DNA of 58,292 nucleotides from a virus (IMGVR_UViG_3300030328_005013:1-58292); one strand, 5' to 3'; counted from the first letter of the stretch, positions 35,604-44,299 are shown. Notes: a model not told the origin generated them from the letters alone. Program-made: numbers and translations.

Positions 35604-36364
35604 AGTGGCATTGGTAAATTATGTGGTTGTTTTCTGGGGTCTCCAGATTTTACTTCTTCTGGTTCGAAGTCTGGTGAGTCTATACCAGTTTTTCTTTTAT
35701 GCCAGATTTTTCCCCAAAAGTTTTTATTTATATTGTTTTTATCTTCTAGGTTAAGATATCCTAAGTGAATTATTTTAGGGTCATGTTCGGCAAAAGATAC
35801 TCTTCCTATACATGGAATTAACTGACCTTGATCATCAATTAATTCGCAAGTATCACTTTTTTCAGGATCAAAAGTGCCATCGTTTTTTAATGAGAAGTTT
35901 ACAGAACCCCTATTTGTCCCATCTCTCGTATGAATATACCATTTATAACCTATATTAACAAAACTGTGAACATCTTCATAGAGGTCTATCGTTGGCAACA
36001 TTATACTACAGGGAAAGTCGTGCCTGTTGATTTCAGTAAATAACTCTTTAAATGTGTATTTAGACCCAGATATTCTTTCGTCTAGATCTAATTGTATAAC
36101 AAAATTGTGACTACACGCTTTAAGACCTGCATCTTTTAGTCTTCCGTCCCAATATAAATCTTTGTTTGGGTCTAAATCAGTAGATACAATTTTTATGCGA
36201 TCAGAAAAAGTTGTTTTGTTTATTTCTGTCTTAATTTCTTCAACTTGATTTTCCAAGGTGCTTACAACCACCTCATCAACATAATAAAACCAATTTTCAA
36301 ACACTTGCTTAAAACAAAAGTCGAAGTTGTTTAAATTAAATGCAGTTGTATATAATGAGATCAT
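35588..36364 (-). CDS. GT-A/GT2-like glycosyltransferase
   Basis: DEVVV, QLDLDER, IIHLGY. Confidence 0.7.
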   Translation of the reverse strand: MISLYTTAFNLNNFDFCFKQVFENWFYYVDEVVVSTLENQVEEIKTEINKTTFSDRIKIVSTDLDPNKDLYWDGRLKDAGLKACSHNFVIQLDLDERISGSKYTFKELFTEINRHDFPCSIMLPTIDLYEDVHSFVNIGYKWYIHTRDGTNRGSVNFSLKNDGTFDPEKSDTCELIDDQGQLIPCIGRVSFAEHDPKIIHLGYLNLEDKNNINKNFWGKIWHKRKTGIDSPDFEPEEVKSGDPRKQPHNLPMPLWPSL

Positions 36365-37200
36365 TTGAATATGGGTTTAAAAATTGAAAAATCATGCTTA
36401 TCAATTAAGCCTTCTCTCTGATCTAGAACCTCATACCTATACCAGTCGTTTAAAAACTTATCAAAATCAATACACTCCCGCATATCATCGGTTAGATGAT
36501 TCTTTAAACAATCTTCAACAGATTTTATGTTGAGAGGATTAAACCCTTGATCATAAATTTCTTTTAGAAGTTTTGCTCTGTTTTCATATCTTTTTTTAAT
36601 TAGATTGTGATCATTTTCAAAGCCTAAAACAAGGTGATTGCTGTTAGGGAAAAAATAATATTTAAAATTGTGTTTAATAAAGTGATATGCATCTTGCCTT
36701 CTTTCAGATCTTACATTTTTTTGATACTCTTTTTTCCAAAAAGGATGATTGGATATTTCCGTTGTTTTTGAAACACCCGCGATTCCTTCATGTGGGTTAT
36801 TAACAAAACGAGTCTCTTCATTTAATTTAAATAAAAATCTTTTGTTATAGAGATAAGTTCCATCAATATTTAAATCATCTAACTCTGCACATAATTTCTT
36901 TAAGTTTTTTGTAAAATCTGGCGAAAGTCTCTCTAGGCTGTCTATTGTCAAAAACCAATCACCTATTATTATTGGCCCCTGAAACAAACAATGGTTTCTA
37001 CTAAAATCTAACCTATTGCACCATTTAGTATAGATGATCTCCCCCTCTCCTTTAACACTTTCTAGATAATCTGCGCCACTATCCTTGGGGTAGTGGAATG
37101 TCCAAACCAAGCCGTCAAAGTCATCTTTGATTGGTTCTATAAGTTCACGAAGGTCTTTTTCATGACCTTCATTAGTTACTCCTATAAGCCATAATCTCAT
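36361..37200 (-). CDS. GT-A/GT2-like glycosyltransferase
   Basis: DFSRN, WFLTIDSLER, PHE. Confidence 0.65.
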   Translation of the reverse strand: MRLWLIGVTNEGHEKDLRELIEPIKDDFDGLVWTFHYPKDSGADYLESVKGEGEIIYTKWCNRLDFSRNHCLFQGPIIIGDWFLTIDSLERLSPDFTKNLKKLCAELDDLNIDGTYLYNKRFLFKLNEETRFVNNPHEGIAGVSKTTEISNHPFWKKEYQKNVRSERRQDAYHFIKHNFKYYFFPNSNHLVLGFENDHNLIKKRYENRAKLLKEIYDQGFNPLNIKSVEDCLKNHLTDDMRECIDFDKFLNDWYRYEVLDQREGLIDKHDFSIFKPIFK

Positions 37201-37931
37201 CCTATGTGTTCTGAATATATTTTATTAGTATTAAAAAAGGAAAATGGTGTTCTTGAATTTGTTGCGCCTTTTAATAAATCACCAGACATTAGCTCGCAGT
37301 GATAAGAGCCAAGTTTGTCTAAATAGTTTTGAGCAGACTTCCAAGCGATAAAAACCTCTGTAGTTCTGTTTATATTTGGCTGGAAAGTGAATGTAGGGCC
37401 ATATTTAGTATAGTTAATTGCTTGAGTATATATATTATCATTCTCAACTAAGTGATTGCCCTCAGGCTCTCCGAAGTCTTTAGATCCGTTAAATCTTACG
37501 CAAAGTTGATTTGGATTATCATCAAGAAACTTTAAGGAATCTTTAAAAACCTCCTCTAAACAAACTTTAGAATTAAATATCCAGTCGTCTTCCAACCACA
37601 GAGAATATTTTTGTTTTCTAATTTCTAGGTCCGAATATGCTGTATAAATATCTTTAAAATATCCTGCCGAGTGAGACAAGTGGTTCTCAGAGTGATGCAC
37701 TATATCTTCTTTTGATTCTAGAACCCTAATATCGAGATATGAACAAAATGATTTTATTTCATATGCTATGTCTTCTTCCCCATCTCTTGATTTTAGGTGA
37801 AGAAGTTTGTTTGAAAAAATTGACAGGTCTATCTGGCTATGAAGTTTGTTAAGACAATCCTGATAAGTGTGTCTGCCACCATGACCCATAGTGGTGCTAA
37901 AAACAATAAGATTTAAAGGAAGTGTAGACAT
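37197..37931 (-). CDS. GT-A-like glycosyltransferase
   Basis: LWLEDDW, FTFQP, terminal EHIG. Confidence 0.65.
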   Translation of the reverse strand: MSTLPLNLIVFSTTMGHGGRHTYQDCLNKLHSQIDLSIFSNKLLHLKSRDGEEDIAYEIKSFCSYLDIRVLESKEDIVHHSENHLSHSAGYFKDIYTAYSDLEIRKQKYSLWLEDDWIFNSKVCLEEVFKDSLKFLDDNPNQLCVRFNGSKDFGEPEGNHLVENDNIYTQAINYTKYGPTFTFQPNINRTTEVFIAWKSAQNYLDKLGSYHCELMSGDLLKGATNSRTPFSFFNTNKIYSEHIG

Positions 37932-37998
37932 AAAACCTCTGGGCCTTAGTATCAGACCCAGAGGTTACTATGACCTCAAGGAAATAAATCCTCGACCT
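37932..37998 (-). other. Structured 5' leader (terminator-like hairpin abutting the ATG) of the glycosylation operon
   Basis: 13-bp stem AACCUCUGGGUCU-GAUACUA-AGGCCCAGAGGUU then UU-AUG; upstream hairpin UCGAGGA/UCCUUGA. Confidence 0.6.
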
Positions 37999-38003
37999 GT
38001 CTT

Positions 38004-38032
38004 ATTGTAGAATTAATTGTTATTTTTGTCAA
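38004..38032 (-). promoter_or_regulatory. Near-consensus sigma70 promoter
   Basis: TTGACA-N17-TACAAT. Confidence 0.75.
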
Positions 38033-38152
38033 CTAATCCTCAATAATCTCTTCGCTGATTTTGCCTAGTATATAGGCAAGTGTCTCATCAGTCTCAAAAT
38101 CTGGGGTAGGAACCTCTATTTCCTCATCATTTATTGTGTGCAGGTTAGTCAT
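38033..38152 (-). CDS. Small acidic protein (39 aa, not in ORF track)
   Basis: MTNLHTINDEEIEVPTPDFETDETLAYILGKISEEIIED; GTGTAG 11 nt upstream. Confidence 0.5.
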   Translation of the reverse strand: MTNLHTINDEEIEVPTPDFETDETLAYILGKISEEIIED

Positions 38153-38163
38153 AGTATGACTTT

Positions 38164-38169
38164 CTACAC
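38164..38169 (-). promoter_or_regulatory. GTGTAR upstream motif
   Basis: GTGTAG 11 nt before ATG 38152. Confidence 0.45.
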
Positions 38170-38189
38170 ACAAAATTTACAAAACGGAA

Positions 38190-39836
38190 CTAACCCTCAC
38201 AAGAAGAACAATTTAGTATTGATCTAGCTAATTCTTGACTAGGGTTAGCACTTCTTTGATAATAAAAACTCTTAACTCCTTGTTCCCAGCCGAAAATAAG
38301 TAATTCGCTAACTTGTTTCGGTGGACATTTAGGAGAAATCATTACGTTTAGGCTTTGACCTTGATCAATATATTTCTGTCTCTGAGCAGCCTGTATCACT
38401 ATCTCTTTTTGGGAAATTTCACCGAAAGTTTTAAATACATCTTTTTCATGTTCTGACAGAAAGTCTAAATGTTGAACAGATCCTCCTTTTACTAAAATTG
38501 ACTTCCAAGTAGTCGCATTGTTTTTGCCTTTCTCTTCAAGGAGTTCTTCTAGATGGGGGTTTTTATATGTGAATTTTCCCTTGGCTAAATCCTTGGTAAA
38601 ATAATTACTATTTAATGGCTCAATAGATGGAGAAACTTGACCGAGAATAAATGAGCTAGATGTAGTGGGAGCAATCGCCATAGTGGTCATATTCCTTTTT
38701 CCATAGCCACGAAGATGTTCTGGTTCCCCAAATTCTTCTGCTAATTTGGAAGTAGCTCTGTCGCATCTTTCTCTAATTATATTATGTATCTCTGCATTTA
38801 AAAACTGAGCCTCTAATCCTTCAAAAGCAATATTCTTAGATTGTAAGAGAGAGTGCCAACCGAGAACCCCAAGACCCAAAGCTCTTTGTCTTTTTGCAAA
38901 GTTATGACAAGACTTCATAAAAGGAATGTTTTCTGTTTTGTAGATATATTCCTCCATAACTGCGTCCAGAAACTGAACGAGGGTTTCAACCGCATCGGTT
39001 TCTTTTATTTCGTCCCACCTGAGAAGATTTAAAGAAGACAGACAACAAACAAAAGATTCATCCTCTGATGAATGTAGGGCTATCTCACTGCAAAGATTAG
39101 AAGCGTGGATTTTGAGTTTCTTATCCTTGTATGCTTGTGGAGCATTGTTGTTGGCGTTATCTGTAAAAAATATGTATGGGTATCCTGTTTCAAATCTTTT
39201 CTTTATTACATTCGCCCAAACCTTTCTTTTATCTTTATCTCCATCTACCATTGATTGCATCCACTTATCATCAATACAAACAGCAAACGACATTTCTTGG
39301 ATAGGGTTTCCTTCACTTCTAATTCTTAAAAATTCCTCGATATCAGGGTGATCTATAGGAAGATATGCTGCGAAAGATCCTCTTCTTACATGTCCTTGAG
39401 AAACAATAGAAGCAACCTTGTCGAATAGTTCCATGAAATAAACTGCGCCAGCAGAAACTCCTCCCACGCTAATTGGAATTCCTCTTGCTCTTAAATCACC
39501 AAAATACCCTGATGTCCCAGAACCATGTTTTGTTTGCATTCCAACTTCCGCTTGTTTGCGAAGAATAGAATCCATTTTATCGTCAACATAAACGCCGTTA
39601 CAAGAAATGGGTAATCCTCTGTCTCTGCCAAAATTGGACCAAACAGGACTAGCGAGAGAATAAAACCCTCTCTTCATATAATCTTCAAACTTATCCGCAA
39701 ACCCACTCTGCCTTAAATATTTTTCAGCAGCTTCAGCAATAGCTCTTATTCTTTTTTTAGGGCTTTCTCCTTTTTGTAAGTAGCCTCTTTCAAGAAATTG
39801 TTTAGAATCTTCGTTTAGCCAATAATAGTCTTTCAT
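38190..39836 (-). CDS. nrdA: Ribonucleotide reductase class I alpha subunit (short, no ATP cone)
   Basis: PISC, SNLCSEI, VCCLSS, APTTSSS, KSFYYQRS, C-terminal CSSCEG. Confidence 0.96.
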   Translation of the reverse strand: MKDYYWLNEDSKQFLERGYLQKGESPKKRIRAIAEAAEKYLRQSGFADKFEDYMKRGFYSLASPVWSNFGRDRGLPISCNGVYVDDKMDSILRKQAEVGMQTKHGSGTSGYFGDLRARGIPISVGGVSAGAVYFMELFDKVASIVSQGHVRRGSFAAYLPIDHPDIEEFLRIRSEGNPIQEMSFAVCIDDKWMQSMVDGDKDKRKVWANVIKKRFETGYPYIFFTDNANNNAPQAYKDKKLKIHASNLCSEIALHSSEDESFVCCLSSLNLLRWDEIKETDAVETLVQFLDAVMEEYIYKTENIPFMKSCHNFAKRQRALGLGVLGWHSLLQSKNIAFEGLEAQFLNAEIHNIIRERCDRATSKLAEEFGEPEHLRGYGKRNMTTMAIAPTTSSSFILGQVSPSIEPLNSNYFTKDLAKGKFTYKNPHLEELLEEKGKNNATTWKSILVKGGSVQHLDFLSEHEKDVFKTFGEISQKEIVIQAAQRQKYIDQGQSLNVMISPKCPPKQVSELLIFGWEQGVKSFYYQRSANPSQELARSILNCSSCEG

Positions 39837-40807
39837 TAAAATAAATCTTCAGCGTCAAATGTTTGAGAGTTTTTTGCGTATTCTACAGGGCGCGTATGAA
39901 AAAAATCAGTGGCGTTATTCCCAAGTAACTCTTCTTCAAACCAGATTGTATTCACTAATAGCTCCTTGTCAACGTCAAATGCCTTCTTAAAGCCAATTTG
40001 TTCTAATGATTCGTTAATTCTGTTCTTAATAAATTCTTTTAAAATCGGTGCGCTTATGCCCTTCTCATTATAACCATTGATCATCCAATCTACAATTTGA
40101 GATTCTGCCTTAAAAGCGGCTTGTGATTCTTCTAAAATCTTCTCTTCAAGACCATCATCAAAAAGCTCTGGATGCTCTTCTCTAATTGTGTTGATTATCT
40201 TAATTCCAGCTAAAGCATGAATATTTTCTTCGTTCCTTGTATATTTTACCTGCTGACCAGTATCCTTTAAGACATTCTTGTAGCGATTAAACCAATTAAT
40301 TACATAAAACTGGCTAAACAGTGAAACATTCTCTACAAAAAGTGTAAATAAAATAAGAGCATAAACATATTGCTTTTTAGAGTCTTTATAAAATCTGTGA
40401 GTGTATTTCCTCAGATAATTTACCCTACCCTCAATAAAATCGAGCTTAAGGTTCTGCTCGAAAATATCCTCCAATCCTAATACTTTCAGTAATCTCTCAT
40501 AAGCGTTATTGTGGATAACTTCCACATTAGCCATAACATACCCTAAATCAGTCAAACTGGGGTGAGGTAGATTGTCCCCTAGCTTACTCCAAAATTTCTT
40601 TACCGCAACTTCAATTTGGCCAATAGCAGAGAGAGTCCTGATGATCATCTCTCTTTCTGTATCATTTAAATTTACGCTAAAATCTTGCACATCACTGGTA
40701 AAACTAAATTCTTTATCTGTCCAAAAGCCGTTATGCATGGCCTCAATAAATTCTTCTGCCCAAGGGTAGTGATCTGGCTTTCTGGATATTTGTTCTTCAA
40801 AAATCAT
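39836..40807 (-). CDS. nrdB: Ribonucleotide reductase class I beta subunit (class Id-like)
   Basis: QIEVAVK, EVIHNNAY, VENVSLF, EENIH, DFF..RPVEY. Confidence 0.95.
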   Translation of the reverse strand: MIFEEQISRKPDHYPWAEEFIEAMHNGFWTDKEFSFTSDVQDFSVNLNDTEREMIIRTLSAIGQIEVAVKKFWSKLGDNLPHPSLTDLGYVMANVEVIHNNAYERLLKVLGLEDIFEQNLKLDFIEGRVNYLRKYTHRFYKDSKKQYVYALILFTLFVENVSLFSQFYVINWFNRYKNVLKDTGQQVKYTRNEENIHALAGIKIINTIREEHPELFDDGLEEKILEESQAAFKAESQIVDWMINGYNEKGISAPILKEFIKNRINESLEQIGFKKAFDVDKELLVNTIWFEEELLGNNATDFFHTRPVEYAKNSQTFDAEDLF

Positions 40808-40816
40808 TTCGTAAAG

Positions 40817-40851
40817 TTACACATGTTAGGGGGTGCTAAGAAACCCGTCAA
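40817..40851 (-). promoter_or_regulatory. nrdB promoter: sigma70-like plus adjacent GTGTAA motif
   Basis: TTGACG-N17-TAACAT immediately followed by GTGTAA, 9 nt before ATG. Confidence 0.55.
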
Positions 40852-40861
40852 TCGCTTTTTC

Positions 40862-40963
40862 TCAAAAAAATGCCGAAGGCATTAAATTAATATTAACGGA
40901 TGGGTAGCGTATGGAATATTATTTTAATACGCATCCGTTACGCTCGTATTCAATACGCTCAAT
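40862..40963 (-). ncRNA. Candidate ~100-nt structured small RNA
   Basis: Promoter TTGACA(40997)-N16-TAGAAT(40970); long hairpin TAACGGAT..GCGTAT/ATACGC..ATCCGTTA; ends at an AAUGCC/GGCAUU hairpin plus U-run. Confidence 0.45.
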
Positions 40964-41010
40964 AATTAGATTCTAGACTGTTTTTTTTGGCTGTCAAGAA
41001 AAAAATAAAA

Positions 41011-41039
41011 TTGATATTTTCCTTTAAACAACGTATAGT
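41011..41039 (+). promoter_or_regulatory. Sigma70-like promoter for the phage sigma gene
   Basis: TTGATA-N17-TATAGT, 9 nt before the TTG start. Confidence 0.6.
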
Positions 41040-41048
41040 ATAGCACAA

Positions 41049-41645
41049 TTGATTGAAGATTTAACAGATTGCGCTCTTACCGATTTAATCAAAAGAGAGA
41101 ATAGTGAGGATGCCTTAAATGAGTTGATTTTAAGACATTCTGGCATATATGTCGATATGCTCAAAAAATTTGGATTCAAATGTTTGACAAACAATCAAGT
41201 TCAAGACATCATGAGCGAAAAGGACTATGTTATATACAAAGCGGCTCTTGAATACGATGAAAATAAAGCTAAATTTTCCACCCATTTAGCCAATAAAGCC
41301 AAATACCTTTGTTTAACACAAAAAACTAAAAATAAGAATAATAAAATATCTTCAAATTTTGAAGATGTTCAGTTTTCTCAGAAAGACAAGGGGTCCAACC
41401 CAGCAGAATCTTGTGATTTAAATGATTCTTTTGCTAGAATATTAAACTTGATTAACAAACACAAGGATAAGAGGCTTCAGACCATATTCCACGAAAGATA
41501 TTTTTGTGGCAGAAGAGGAAAACTACAGCCTTGGAAAGAAGTGGCTAAAAAATTAAATCTTTCTGCTCAAGGCTGTATAAATATACACGATAAAGCCATA
41601 AAAGAATTAAATTACAAGATCAACAATGAGACGATTAAATTTTGA
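41049..41645 (+). CDS. Phage-encoded sigma70-family sigma factor
   Basis: Region 2 (ALNELILRH...AALEYDENKAKFSTH) and region 4 HTH (WKEVAKKLNLSAQGCINIHDKAIKEL). Confidence 0.8.
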   Translation: MIEDLTDCALTDLIKRENSEDALNELILRHSGIYVDMLKKFGFKCLTNNQVQDIMSEKDYVIYKAALEYDENKAKFSTHLANKAKYLCLTQKTKNKNNKISSNFEDVQFSQKDKGSNPAESCDLNDSFARILNLINKHKDKRLQTIFHERYFCGRRGKLQPWKEVAKKLNLSAQGCINIHDKAIKELNYKINNETIKF

Positions 41646-42717
41646 TGGCCCAATAAACGGCCTAAGCTTGGGTAATGTGTCTCTTAATATGCTGAGAGAG
41701 ATTAGGGAGAGGGAAATAGATCTGGGTATCTTTCCTATAGGAGATAAAGGTGAATTTGAGGCTTATGATAAACTAGACGAAGAATTTAAACAGTGGGTTG
41801 GAACATTATCAATGAGCCGTCTTAAAAAGATTCATCCAGAAACTCCTACTTTAAAAGTCTGGCATATTAATGGTTCAGAAAGAACTTTGGCTGATCAATA
41901 TTTATATACTTTTTACGAAGTAGATTCTCCAACAGAAGAAGAAATTAATATTGTAAAATTACAAAAACATGTTTTTTTCTCTTCGTCCGAAGCTGCGGAG
42001 AGCTTCAAAGAAAAAGGTTGTGAAAATGTATCTCATGTCCCTTTGGGTTTTGATAAAGATTTTTACGAAGTAGATAAAAAATATCTAGAAGATGATGTAA
42101 TTCACTTTGGCTTAATCGGTAAGTTTGAAAGAAGAAAAAACACACAAGCCATAATTCAATTATGGGCTAATGAATTTGGAAATAATCCAAAATATCAACT
42201 TAGCTGTTTAGTGACTAACCCTTTCTTCAACCAAGAACAAATGACTCAGGCTATTCAATCTTCTACAGGTGGAGCGTCTTTATCTAATATAAACTTTTTA
42301 CCACGACTTGCTACTAACTCAGAAGTTAACGACTTTATGAATTCAATAGATATTGATCTTTCTGGATTGTCTAACGGAGAGGGTTGGAACCTACCAGCAT
42401 TCAATTGCACAGCTTTAGGTAAATGGTCTGTAGTTAGCAACTGCACATCTCATAAAGATTGGGCAACCAAAGAAAACTCTATTTTAGTTGATCCAATTGG
42501 TAAACAACCCTGTTATGACAATTTCTTCTTCAAAGAAGGTATGCCGTTTAATCAAGGGCAATACTACAAGTTAAACGGTGATGATATGCTTGAGGCCATG
42601 AGAGAGGCTGTTAAAAAAGCGGGACAAAAGAACACTGAAGGGACAAAATTAAGGGACAAATTTACCTATTCGGAGACCGTGGATTTAATTTTAGACCGTA
42701 TTTATAGCGATTCTTGA
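41626..42717 (+). CDS. GT4-like (GT-B) glycosyltransferase
   Basis: VPLGFD, GKFERRKN, SNGEGWNLP. Confidence 0.8.
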   Translation: MRRLNFDGPINGLSLGNVSLNMLREIREREIDLGIFPIGDKGEFEAYDKLDEEFKQWVGTLSMSRLKKIHPETPTLKVWHINGSERTLADQYLYTFYEVDSPTEEEINIVKLQKHVFFSSSEAAESFKEKGCENVSHVPLGFDKDFYEVDKKYLEDDVIHFGLIGKFERRKNTQAIIQLWANEFGNNPKYQLSCLVTNPFFNQEQMTQAIQSSTGGASLSNINFLPRLATNSEVNDFMNSIDIDLSGLSNGEGWNLPAFNCTALGKWSVVSNCTSHKDWATKENSILVDPIGKQPCYDNFFFKEGMPFNQGQYYKLNGDDMLEAMREAVKKAGQKNTEGTKLRDKFTYSETVDLILDRIYSDS

Positions 42718-42742
42718 AATGGCACGGTTAATGTTATATAAT
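42714..42742 (+). promoter_or_regulatory. Hsp20 promoter (sigma70-like, with nested sigma54-like TGGCACG)
   Basis: TTGAAA-N17-TATAAT; the spacer begins TGGCACGGTTAATGT. Confidence 0.55.
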
Positions 42743-42750
42743 AATATATT

Positions 42751-43077
42751 ATGAACTATAAATTAAACACTCACCTATTAGATAATTTTTTTGATGCATT
42801 CGGGACTAGCAAACACGCTGATGTAAAAGATTGCGGAGATGTATATTCTGCTGAATTTGAACTAGCAGGATTTGCTAAAGAGGATATCGAAATCACTGCA
42901 ACTAATGACAATTTGGTTATTAAGGCAAAAAATGATAAGCGCCAAAAGGATTTTAAATTAAATTTATATGGAGCAGTTTCTGTTGAAAGCATTTCTTGTG
43001 ATACAGAAAATGGACTTCTAACGGTAACTATGCCTAAAAAGTGCGTCAGCGAGCAACGAAAAATTAAAATTCAGTAG
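42751..43077 (+). CDS. Small heat-shock protein (Hsp20)
   Basis: ELAGFAKEDIEI, ENGLLTVTMPK, RKIKI. Confidence 0.9.
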   Translation: MNYKLNTHLLDNFFDAFGTSKHADVKDCGDVYSAEFELAGFAKEDIEITATNDNLVIKAKNDKRQKDFKLNLYGAVSVESISCDTENGLLTVTMPKKCVSEQRKIKIQ

Positions 43078-43457
43078 TGCCAATATATATTTATAAACAC
43101 CCCGAAGAGGATATATATGAAGAGGTTGTTCAAGGAATGAACGACCCTCATGTATTTTCCAAAGAAGGCGTTGAATGGCAGAGAGTTTTTCTTTCTCCGA
43201 ACGCAGCAATATCGAGCGATGCTGATCCTTTCAGTAGTAACTCTTTTGTCGAGAAAACAGCCAACATGAAAGGCACCTTTGGAGACATGATGGATTATTC
43301 CGCAGAACTGAGTGAGAAAAGAGCAGAAAAATCAGGTGGAGAAGACCCTTTAAAGAGAAAAATGTTTTCAGACTACGAAAAAAGAGTAGGCAAAAAACAC
43401 ATCGCAGATAAAAAGACCACCTTTGAGAAAAACGGTATTAAAGTTGACCTTGATTAA
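43077..43457 (+). CDS. FmdB-like protein lacking the zinc-ribbon cysteines
   Basis: MPIYIY...EVVQGM.D....W.RVFLSP. Confidence 0.6.
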   Translation: MPIYIYKHPEEDIYEEVVQGMNDPHVFSKEGVEWQRVFLSPNAAISSDADPFSSNSFVEKTANMKGTFGDMMDYSAELSEKRAEKSGGEDPLKRKMFSDYEKRVGKKHIADKKTTFEKNGIKVDLD

Positions 43458-44299
43458 GGTGAGGGTGGTGGAGTAGTTAGCAAGGTTCCATACCAAGTAG
43501 CCCCCACAGAGACACAGAGAGTAGTCCCTGATATAGCCATAGCTCCCCTCTGCTGGCTCATGCTCATTCCCTCCCAAGCTGGAAGTTTAAATCCGCTAAC
43601 AAAATCTTTTATGCCGTGGATTGTTTGATCTTCACTTAAATCTACAAATCTTCCTGTCGTATAACCCGTTACGTCATGTATCGTAGCTATATCATAACCA
43701 GTCAAAAATCCACTGGTCTGTATTTCAAATTTCCCAGAGACAATACCAGAATTGTCTATACTAACACTGTTTCCGAAATAATTTTGACCATCTTCAAAAT
43801 AATGACCAGATGCAAACTGCACATAAAATCTATTAGGATCTCCCACTGTTAAAGTGGAGCTTGATTGATCTTTTATAGCCGCACAACCAGTTGCAGCTTT
43901 TGCAAAAGTAACTCCAGCACCTCCTAGTGAAGTATTACTCTCACTTCCAGTGTTAAAAACTATTGAGTTTCCATTCAATACGACATTATTGATACCGCTA
44001 ACTCTGGTTGAATTAGCCACAATTCCTATATTATTTGTTCCAGCTAACTGAGTATTAGACCCAGCCAATAGAACATTACCGCTTTCTACAAGAAAGCTGT
44101 TATCTCCTGTGCTGGCAGTTCCGAAAACTTTTTTGTCCCTTATCCTTAAGTCACCAGTAAAATTAAAATCACCAGTTAAATTTCTAGATAAAACTAGACT
44201 AATCCCAGTATCGCTACTTTGGTCAATGTGAAAATCTCCAGATGGTCCTAAAAAAGTGGGCATCTGAAGCTGTTCTGGTTGAATTTTATTAAAAGGCAT
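43454..44299 (-). CDS. (S/T)G-rich probable virion/fibre protein
   Basis: Start reassigned to ATG 44299 (MPFNKIQPEQL); 18 TG/SG dipeptides; DQTIHGIKDF fibre-type motif; GTGTAA upstream. Confidence 0.65.
   Translation of the reverse strand: MPFNKIQPEQLQMPTFLGPSGDFHIDQSSDTGISLVLSRNLTGDFNFTGDLRIRDKKVFGTASTGDNSFLVESGNVLLAGSNTQLAGTNNIGIVANSTRVSGINNVVLNGNSIVFNTGSESNTSLGGAGVTFAKAATGCAAIKDQSSSTLTVGDPNRFYVQFASGHYFEDGQNYFGNSVSIDNSGIVSGKFEIQTSGFLTGYDIATIHDVTGYTTGRFVDLSEDQTIHGIKDFVSGFKLPAWEGMSMSQQRGAMAISGTTLCVSVGATWYGTLLTTPPPSP

Noticed and set aside
25521-37931. Bacterial chromosomal O-antigen locus or chimeric assembly
   Set aside because: No export or polymerase genes, same strand and gene-packing style as the flanks, and surrounded by phage replication and structural genes
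40808-41000. NrdR boxes upstream of nrdB
   Set aside because: No match to the palindromic NrdR consensus recognised
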